IMG/VR virus record: IMGVR_UViG_3300037087_000760
Location: 1 to 64,000 of that record
Strand: one strand, 5' to 3'
DNA: 64,000 nucleotides
Each line of letters starts with the position of its first letter. Position 1 is the first letter of the stretch. Position numbers and translations under genes: made by a program. This document shows positions 10,357-16,019 of the stretch, one piece after another. Under the pieces are notes generated by a model, which ran no database searches, was not told where the DNA came from, and saw only the letters and a program-made list of their open reading frames with translations.

Positions 10357-10445
10357 TAGCGGATGTAAGATTCGAACTTACGACTTCCTTATGGGAAGTT
10401 TCAGCTTATGAGACTGAGGAGATAGGCCAACTTCTCTAATCCGCG
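10357..10445 (-). tRNA. tRNA-Met(CAT) with long variable arm
   Basis: C1:U72 mismatch, TCAGT-CTCATAA-GCTGA, variable hairpin ACTTCC-CATAA-GGAAGT. Confidence 0.75.
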
Positions 10446-10451
10446 ATGTGT

Positions 10452-10552
10452 GTCCTACTGTTGGTGCGACCAACCTTTCTGGAACTCATTATACCGTAGG
10501 TTAGAGCGACCAACTTTATTAGTTCAATGATATTTCCCTCTGAATTAGTAGG
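10452..10552 (-). ncRNA. Unknown tRNA-sized structured RNA
   Basis: Closed by GTCCTACT/AGTAGGAC; two similar GTTGG-TCGCn-CYAAC hairpins; sits between two tRNAs. Confidence 0.5.
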
Positions 10553-10558
10553 ACTTAG

Positions 10559-10630
<72 letters not shown>

Positions 10631-10635
10631 ATATA

Positions 10636-10884
10636 TTATTTCAATTCATGTCTGCACAATGGACATTCTTTAATTTTTATCAACCAATGAATAGTTCTCA
10701 CTACCGTTTTTTCTGGGTCATCAAAACACACCTTTTCACCATCCCAAATTCCTACGATTGATGTTTTCACAGTTTTACCATTAACTCTTTTTATGTTATG
10801 GTATTGAACTAAATCACCTTTCTTAATATCATCTAATTGTTTACCAATCAGATTTCCGTAATTGTCGTATTTACTTTCTTCCAT
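10636..10884 (-). CDS. Hypothetical protein inside tRNA cluster
   Basis: 82 aa ORF with own TAnnTTTG promoter. Confidence 0.65.
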   Translation of the reverse strand: MEESKYDNYGNLIGKQLDDIKKGDLVQYHNIKRVNGKTVKTSIVGIWDGEKVCFDDPEKTVVRTIHWLIKIKECPLCRHELK

Positions 10885-10888
10885 TTTA

Positions 10889-10920
10889 CAAAGATATAAA
10901 TAAATATTCTAATTAAAAAA
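10889..10920 (-). promoter_or_regulatory. Bacteroidota-type promoter (TATCTTTG with upstream T-run)
   Basis: Matches -7 consensus TAnnTTTG. Confidence 0.7.
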
Positions 10921-10926
10921 TCATTG

Positions 10927-10999
10927 AGATCGGAGAGGGAATCAAACCCCCGTCTCTGAGGTTGCAGCTCAGCACCTATTTACACTCGGCCATCCGACC
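10927..10999 (-). tRNA. tRNA-Cys(GCA)
   Basis: CTGAG-CTGCAAC-CTCAG arm, U73. Confidence 0.8.
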
Positions 11000-11004
11000 A
11001 TTTG

Positions 11005-11077
11005 AGCGATAAGTGGGGGTCAAACCCACGACCTTCAGCTTGGGAAGCTGACACTCTATCAACTGAGCTATTATCGC
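11005..11077 (-). tRNA. tRNA-Gly(CCC)
   Basis: TCAGC-TTCCCAA-GCTGA, U73. Confidence 0.9.
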
Positions 11078-11130
11078 ATCCGTTTGACACATCCTTTGAC
11101 ATCACCCTCTCTCCGTTATATCAAACAGCG

Positions 11131-11202
11131 AGCGAGTAATCAGAATCGAACTGACATCATCGGTATGGTAAGCCGATACACTACACATTGTGCTATACTC
11201 GC
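11131..11202 (-). tRNA. tRNA-Gly(ACC), 31:39 mismatch
   Basis: TCGGC-TTACCAT-ACCGA, Gly-type acceptor, U73. Confidence 0.75.
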
Positions 11203-11277
11203 GAATCAGTACCCGCACTTTCCGCCTTAATTATTCCCTGTTACACTGCGGTTAGGGAGTTGGTTATGATAGACCTG

Positions 11278-11360
11278 AGCGGGAGAAGGGATTCGAACCC
11301 TCACCTGAAGTTTGGAAGACTCCTATGCTAGCTTACGCGACCGTTAAACACCACTCCCGC
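11278..11360 (-). tRNA. tRNA-Gly(TCC) with D-loop insertion
   Basis: GGAGT-CTTCCAA-ACTTC; 19-nt D loop containing GC-GTAA-GC. Confidence 0.8.
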
Positions 11361-11371
11361 GAGTGATTTTG

Positions 11372-11442
11372 AGCAGATAATGAGAATCGAACTCACATCA
11401 AAAGATTGGAAATCTCTTACACTACCATTGTGCTATATCTGC
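11372..11442 (-). tRNA. tRNA-Gly(TCC)
   Basis: AGAGA-TTTCCAA-TCTTT, U73. Confidence 0.9.
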
Positions 11443-11448
11443 GTAAAA

Positions 11449-11553
11449 GGTCAGTATGTCGAATGTATTCGGACTGATTTTCGTTTTGCACATTCCTAAT
11501 CATCTGTCTTAACATCTCAGTTCACCGCCATTGTGCTACCGCGTTTACTGACC
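11449..11553 (-). ncRNA. Unknown tRNA-sized structured RNA
   Basis: Closed by GGTCAGTA/TACTGACC; carries D-arm-like TAGCACAATGG; fills the gap between two tRNAs. Confidence 0.45.
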
Positions 11554-11554
11554 T

Positions 11555-11629
11555 TGGAGCGGGATGCGGGATTTAAACCCGCGACCTGAAGTTTGGTAAA
11601 CTTCCGCTCTATCACTGAGCTAATCCCGC
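11555..11629 (-). tRNA. tRNA-Gly(ACC) with encoded CCA
   Basis: Perfect GAAGT-TTACCAA-ACTTC arm, U73-CCA. Confidence 0.9.
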
Positions 11630-11717
11630 GTGGGAGGCTATCTAAACTCTTTGACCCAATCAGATTTCTCCTGTCATGAGTTAACTTCGCCTTATTAGTT
11701 TTTCGAATGTTTTTTAG

Positions 11718-11789
11718 TAGCCCCGGCGGGAATCGAACCTGCATCCAGAAATTAGAAGTTTCTTGTTCTATCCATTGAACTACGGAGCC
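11718..11789 (-). tRNA. tRNA-Arg(TCT)
   Basis: AGAAA-CTTCTAA-TTTCT, canonical cloverleaf. Confidence 0.9.
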
Positions 11790-11838
11790 ATACTTTATAT
11801 AAACTATTTACCACCATTAAGTTTAATATTAATTATTG

Positions 11839-11916
11839 TAACCCTGAAGGGATTCGAACCCTCATTTTCATCCGTTATGCACAATCGAGTTTAGAAAACT
11901 CAGCCATTACAGGGCT
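11839..11916 (-). tRNA. D-armless tRNA-Arg(TCT)-like RNA with 22-nt variable region
   Basis: Acceptor AGCCCTG/CAGGGTT, TGAGT-TTTCTAA-ACTCG arm and T arm intact; only TAATGGC between acceptor and anticodon arm. Confidence 0.6.
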
Positions 11917-11921
11917 ATTTG

Positions 11922-12003
11922 TACCGATGGAGAGATTCGAACTCTCACTTCCGATGGAAACAAGTTCCTAAAACTTGCGTGTCTACCATTCCACCACACC
12001 GGC
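11922..12003 (-). tRNA. tRNA-Leu(TAG)
   Basis: CAAGT-TTTAGGA-ACTTG, class II variable arm, A73. Confidence 0.9.
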
Positions 12004-12029
12004 TTAAAAAGTTAAATAAGTTGTGATAT

Positions 12030-12124
12030 TGTACACCATACCCAACCCAGAGTCGAACTGGATTAGTTGGGGTCTCGAACCCCGCTTCACACAACCACCT
12101 ACTACCGTTCAGTATTATTCAACC
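12030..12124 (-). ncRNA. tRNA-derived element with two T-arm-like hairpins
   Basis: GGGG-TTCGAGA-CCCC and CCAG-TTCGACT-CTGG plus D-like TACT-GAACGGT-AGTA. Confidence 0.5.
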
Positions 12125-12128
12125 TTAG

Positions 12129-12198
12129 CAGTACAAGCAGGAATCGAACCTACATCCACCCTCTACTGAGGGTACTCTTTCCATTAAGCTACTGTACT
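12129..12198 (-). ncRNA. tRNA-like RNA lacking an anticodon loop (AGTA tetraloop)
   Basis: Acceptor, D and T arms canonical; CCCTC-AGTA-GAGGG in place of anticodon arm; G73. Confidence 0.75.
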
Positions 12199-12262
12199 TA
12201 CACATCAATTTTATTCTAGCTTATTATGATGTGATTTACACTTTTGATGTAAATATCTTTTA

Positions 12263-12330
12263 GTACTCTAAAAGGATTCGAACCTATACTCCTCGCTTAC
12301 GCGAGTGTGCTACCATTACACCATAAAGTC
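12263..12330 (-). ncRNA. tRNA-like RNA lacking an anticodon loop (GTAA GNRA tetraloop)
   Basis: GTGT-AATGGTA-GCAC D arm, CTCGC-GTAA-GCGAG, TTCGAAT T loop. Confidence 0.7.
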
Positions 12331-12430
12331 AACTTTCGTCATTGACACTGACATATCATTTCGGAAAGAACACATATTTTACTCCTTTCTGATTGTCAGA
12401 TCTTACTCGTTTCAAATTCCAGTGTTTTTG

Positions 12431-12503
12431 CAGGCAGTACGGGAGTTGAACCCGCTCCGAACGCCGTGACAGGGCGACATCTTAACCGTTTGACCTACTG
12501 CCT
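12431..12503 (-). tRNA. tRNA-Asp(GTC)
   Basis: CT-GTC-AC loop, G73. Confidence 0.85.
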
Positions 12504-12521
12504 ATGTAGGGGAACATTCTG

Positions 12522-12598
12522 CGGGCCCAGTGGGATTCAAACCCACCTGTTATTCCTGATCGACAGTCAGGTAGACACATCCAGCATCTCCTGAGCCC
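12522..12598 (-). tRNA. tRNA-Asp(GTC), divergent
   Basis: CCTGA-CTGTCGA-TCAGG, 8-nt variable loop, T loop TTTGAAT, G73. Confidence 0.75.
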
Positions 12599-12609
12599 AT
12601 TCATTATTG

Positions 12610-12709
12610 CGGTAGGAGTTGGGATCGAACCAACATATAAAGCATTCATCCTATCAGACTACTTCTGATGTCCATCGGTGGCACCCTATGAACTTTATGC
12701 TATCCTACC
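12610..12709 (-). ncRNA. tRNA-like RNA with intact acceptor/T arm and expanded centre lacking a canonical anticodon arm
   Basis: GGTAGGA/TCCTACC-G, GTTGG-TTCGATC-CCAAC, internal ATCAGA-AGTAG-TCTGAT hairpin. Confidence 0.65.
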
Positions 12710-12729
12710 ATTTATTTTTAGTATCCAAT

Positions 12730-12762
12730 ATGTCAAAGAACATATTATAATGTCAAAGAAAC
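12730..12762 (-). promoter_or_regulatory. Tandem boxA-like antitermination elements
   Basis: Two copies of TTCTTTGACAT on the tRNA-coding strand, 20 nt apart. Confidence 0.5.
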
Positions 12763-12770
12763 ATTATAAT

Positions 12771-12848
12771 TGGCGGTACATTACGGTTTCGAACCGTTGA
12801 TTTTACATGGGTGACAACCATGTTCCTCACCAAGAGGCCTAATGAACC
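12771..12848 (-). tRNA. tRNA-Asp(GTC) with encoded CCA
   Basis: CATGG-TTGTCAC-CCATG, G73-CCA. Confidence 0.8.
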
Positions 12849-12854
12849 ATTTTG

Positions 12855-12985
12855 AGTCGGGAGCAGGAATCGAACCTACAGCTCTGGTTTAGGAGACCGA
12901 AGTAACTGTAACCATCGCCACTCTTTCACAAGAGGGAATATTTAGAACAGTGTTTTTAAGCGTGTTGCCATTACACTATCCCGAC
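12855..12985 (-). ncRNA. 131-nt tRNA body carrying an inserted anticodon-display module (Arg CCT loop)
   Basis: GTCGGGA/TCCCGAC acceptor, D and T arms canonical; insert has CTCTT-GTGA-AAGAG, GTTACTTC then GGT-CTCCTAA-ACC. Confidence 0.7.
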
Positions 12986-12990
12986 ATAAA

Positions 12991-13080
12991 AAGATTTTAG
13001 AGATATTCACCACTGAGTATTGTTTGAAAACAAATTTGCAGTTTGTCGAAGTAACCCAGATAAGTTCACTACTAAATCTT
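12991..13080 (-). ncRNA. Stand-alone anticodon-display module (Cys GCA loop)
   Basis: Closing stem, GTTACTTC, ACAAA-CTGCAAA-TTTGT, AATATC. Confidence 0.65.
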
Positions 13081-13093
13081 CTTTTAAAAATAT

Positions 13094-13167
13094 ACAGAGA
13101 ATGTTTTCAAAAAGTATATTTGGTAAACATTATGAGTGTTTGATGTAACTCTTCGAACCGCTTCTGT
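13094..13167 (-). ncRNA. Stand-alone anticodon-display module (Met CAT loop)
   Basis: ACAGA/TCTGT stem, GTTACATC, AAACA-CTCATAA-TGTTT, AACATTC. Confidence 0.65.
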
Positions 13168-13205
13168 AAATTTCATTCAATATTTTAAAGAACTATACTT
13201 ATTAA

Positions 13206-13243
13206 AAACAAAAAAACCCAACCGTTATTATCCGATTGGGTTC
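13206..13243 (-). terminator. Attenuator terminator upstream of RNA operon
   Basis: AACCCAATCG-GATAATAA-CGGTTGGGTT followed by T-run. Confidence 0.85.
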
Positions 13244-13265
13244 ATTTGTTTATCTTTATATTTTC

Positions 13266-13340
13266 TTAATGCAAAACAAACCCAATCAGAAATCTATCAT
13301 CTCTGCCACAATCCATTCCGATTCTTACTATATTTTCCAT
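13266..13340 (-). CDS. Putative 24-aa attenuator leader peptide MENIVRIGMDCGRDDRFLIGFVLH
   Basis: ORF 3' part TCTGATTGGGTTT is complementary to the 5' arm of the terminator; not in ORF track. Confidence 0.7.
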   Translation of the reverse strand: MENIVRIGMDCGRDDRFLIGFVLH

Positions 13341-13373
13341 TTGTTTCTGCGTTAATTGGGATTTAATTTTGTT

Positions 13374-13434
13374 TATATATTATACTTTAAAAGTCGTATT
13401 TTTCTATTTTTAGTAATTTTTTTCGAAAAAGTTT
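13374..13434 (-). promoter_or_regulatory. Promoters of the RNA operon: AAACTTTT-N14-TAAAAA (13407-13434) and late AATATATA (13374-13381)
   Basis: Both recurrent motifs present upstream of the leader. Confidence 0.55.
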
Positions 13435-13443
13435 AATTTTTCT

Positions 13444-13647
13444 TTAAATAGTTTTCTTCTTTTTAGCCGGTTTGAAATCTTCTTTCATTAATTCATCTAT
13501 GGCTTCTTGTTTCTTCATGGGTTCACTTACAAGATATTTGCCAGCTATAATACCATACTTTCCTGTGGGTTTACCACTATTAAGTAACGGTACTACTTTA
13601 AACCCTAAATGTTGAAACTCAACACGACCAATTTTACCTCTTGCCAT
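13444..13647 (-). CDS. Small basic hypothetical protein
   Basis: Likely start MARGKIGRVEF. Confidence 0.65.
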   Translation of the reverse strand: MARGKIGRVEFQHLGFKVVPLLNSGKPTGKYGIIAGKYLVSEPMKKQEAIDELMKEDFKPAKKKKTI

Positions 13648-13740
13648 TTTACTCCTTTTTTTAAAAAGTTTTTGAGAGTGGGGATACATTCATACCCCCA
13701 TCCTCAAATCCGACCTTTTCACTTTAACACAATCTGAAAA

Positions 13741-13778
13741 CTTTGACAAAGATATGTCAAATATTTGGAAGAAAAAAA
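13741..13778 (-). promoter_or_regulatory. Bacteroidota-type promoter straddled by inverted repeat TTTGACA-N6-TGTCAAA
   Basis: TATCTTTG at 13747-13754 inside the palindrome. Confidence 0.6.
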
Positions 13779-14123
13779 TTATTTCAATATTTTCTTTAAT
13801 TTTCTTTTTCTATATATGTTAATCAATTCTTCTTCTGAACACCAACCAACCTTTTCAAATAATCTATAATACCTATTACCATTGATGATTGTATTTAGAA
13901 GTGTTCCCGGCTTTGTTAAAATTCCAATTATGAGTTTATCTGGATTTTTGATATGTTCAACCATTATTGCATCGTAAGCTCTTCTCAGAATGACATTTTG
14001 TTCTGCCATAACATCCACAATAGCTTTTTTCTTACCGACAGGTGGTATTATTGTAATTTCTTCAGTTGTTTCAAATTTAATGAACTTAGCTGTAAATATC
14101 TCTATTTTAAGATTCTCATTCAT
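13779..14123 (-). CDS. Hypothetical protein
   Basis: Operon-like overlap. Confidence 0.6.
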   Translation of the reverse strand: MNENLKIEIFTAKFIKFETTEEITIIPPVGKKKAIVDVMAEQNVILRRAYDAIMVEHIKNPDKLIIGILTKPGTLLNTIINGNRYYRLFEKVGWCSEEELINIYRKRKLKKILK

Positions 14124-14481
14124 CTTCTTCGAAAACTACTTTTTTAAATATGATTTTTTTATCTAACTCGATTTTATTTTCTTTTATTAAAATTTTTATT
14201 TTCGTATGTACAAAACAATTCAAATGTGAAATTAAAACTGGATCAATTCCTTTTTCTTTTAAAGAAGTCAATGTGGATGTTTGTTCTGTTTTTATTAAAT
14301 GTAATATATATTCTTTAATATAAGAGGGTTGTCCCTTATTCAAATATGAACACATTTCATTAAATCTTCCAATGAACTTTGAAAAATATTTTTTTTGATT
14401 CTTTGGAAGAAGATTAATTCTTTCTGCTATTATGTTTATAATAGGAAATTTATTTGGATCTCCGAAAGTGTCTACATTCAT
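14116..14481 (-). CDS. Hypothetical protein
   Basis: Operon-like overlap. Confidence 0.6.
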   Translation of the reverse strand: MNVDTFGDPNKFPIINIIAERINLLPKNQKKYFSKFIGRFNEMCSYLNKGQPSYIKEYILHLIKTEQTSTLTSLKEKGIDPVLISHLNCFVHTKIKILIKENKIELDKKIIFKKVVFEEDE

Positions 14482-15236
14482 TTGAAATATTCTTTAGCTG
14501 TTGGATAAATGGGAAGTGTTCCAAGATCGTTACGAATGTAATCAATTGGTGGTTGACTTTCCAGAATATCAAGACAAACAAAATCGTCAATCAATTCATC
14601 TTTTGTTGGAAAATTTTTGTATGTTTTCGACAAAGTAAATCTTTGGGCACCTTCTTCAAGTTCAAGTTCCCAACCATTTCCTTCATTAGAAACATTATAA
14701 GGACCAACAATTCCTCTCACAATAACTCTATATTGATGGGCGTATGCTTCTTTTTTAATTAAAATTCCGATACGATTTTCTCCACCATAATCTCTTTCAC
14801 AAATACAAATTAATTGTGTAGCTAATTCTTTCTCATTAAAATATTCATTATCCCAATATTCTTCAATGATTGTGGTGGATTCTTCCATTTTATCAAATAA
14901 TAATTCTTCCGTTTTATTTTTTGGTTTTCTGTCAGTGAAGAATTTTCTTGCCGGTCTGTTCTGAATCCAGTTATTTAATTCCAGATTCTTTCGATCTAAT
15001 ATTTTTGTATGAATGTGTTCAAGATAATCGGTGATATTTTCAAAAGAGAAAATTGATTTATCGTAGATAATTCCACCTTTCATTAGGATATCTACTAACA
15101 TTCCAGATGATTCACTAACTAATAAGGATAATTGATCGTCATTTAAGTTAGAATCAAATTTTTTAGCAGATTCATTCCCAATGGTGAGTTTCTGTTTGGT
15201 ACAGAACTGTAAATATTTAAAAGCCGAATCTTTCAT
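14478..15236 (-). CDS. Hypothetical protein
   Basis: 252 aa ORF. Confidence 0.7.
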   Translation of the reverse strand: MKDSAFKYLQFCTKQKLTIGNESAKKFDSNLNDDQLSLLVSESSGMLVDILMKGGIIYDKSIFSFENITDYLEHIHTKILDRKNLELNNWIQNRPARKFFTDRKPKNKTEELLFDKMEESTTIIEEYWDNEYFNEKELATQLICICERDYGGENRIGILIKKEAYAHQYRVIVRGIVGPYNVSNEGNGWELELEEGAQRFTLSKTYKNFPTKDELIDDFVCLDILESQPPIDYIRNDLGTLPIYPTAKEYFK

Positions 15237-15468
15237 TTTCTAAAGCTATTTTAACATCAGGATATCTTCGATGATTTGTGAAATTACCATTGATTAAGTC
15301 CGCACACATCCAACCATCTTTCACTTTCCAAATGTGTTTCTTGAATTTCTTAAACATGATTGGAAAGAAAGGGTTATCGAACCTTTTATTTAATTTATCC
15401 TGATGATGATATTCTATTTCATATCCCAATGAAATAGCTAATTCTTTTGCTTCCAAATCATCTCTCAT
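15217..15468 (-). CDS. Hypothetical protein
   Basis: Operon-like packing. Confidence 0.6.
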   Translation of the reverse strand: MRDDLEAKELAISLGYEIEYHHQDKLNKRFDNPFFPIMFKKFKKHIWKVKDGWMCADLINGNFTNHRRYPDVKIALENERFGF

Positions 15469-15471
15469 GGT

Positions 15472-15780
15472 TTAATTTTTTACAATTGTATCATTAATTC
15501 GGTGCTCTGATCCAATATGATTAGCAAGTGAGGAACGATTTCCAAAAACGACAACTCGTTTTTCTGAATCGACTAATGTGACACCCCAATATCCCATGGC
15601 TTCATCTTTTCCGATTAAGATAATTGGTGGTTTTAATTCATTCATCACTTTCACTGTATAATTAGTGTAGCTTGAATATGCTCTTCCATTTTCATCCACA
15701 TAAACGGGATCGGTTCTCTCGTAATCACATCCTGTTAAAAGAATGAATCCAAAAATCATTAAAATTAAAAAATTTTTCAT
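15472..15780 (-). CDS. Putative lipoprotein
   Basis: Signal peptide with lipobox LLTGC. Confidence 0.65.
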   Translation of the reverse strand: MKNFLILMIFGFILLTGCDYERTDPVYVDENGRAYSSYTNYTVKVMNELKPPIILIGKDEAMGYWGVTLVDSEKRVVVFGNRSSLANHIGSEHRINDTIVKN

Positions 15781-16019
15781 AATGTTTTTATTAATTGTTC
15801 AGCCTCTGCAATATGAATAAACTCTGTGTGATATAAAGAAATAGGAATAGTATCCACTTTCTGAGTTCCGATTATTTGACACAAATGTATAAATTTAGGA
15901 TCAGAATAACTTTGTTCTATTATAGTAATCTCAGGAAATTTTTCACGAAGTTTTTTGATAATCGCCTCAATTTCTTCTGATGTATATACCCTCGGTTTTA
16001 TCATGATACTATTTATCAA
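15777..16019 (-). CDS. Hypothetical protein
   Basis: Operon-like overlap. Confidence 0.55.
   Translation of the reverse strand: MINSIMIKPRVYTSEEIEAIIKKLREKFPEITIIEQSYSDPKFIHLCQIIGTQKVDTIPISLYHTEFIHIAEAEQLIKTL

Noticed and set aside
12263-12330. Anticodon-less RNA as a His-type (C73) Thg1 substrate
   Set aside because: Acceptor register is ambiguous (C may pair with G1 across a bulge) and the D arm looks Gly/Gln-like
12855-12985. Self-splicing or BHB intron in a tRNA
   Set aside because: The ~60-nt insert is too short for group I/II, shows no clear bulge-helix-bulge, and is related to the free-standing modules
12855-13167. T-box riboswitch reading of the modules on the plus strand (codons AGG, TGC, ATG)
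   Set aside because: No T-box antiterminator bulge and no downstream plus-strand gene; loops fit YU-NNN-AA and one unit is fused to a minus-strand tRNA scaffold
14116-16019. Faint resemblance of two small ORFs to the major capsid N-terminus
   Set aside because: Too few matching residues to support by eye
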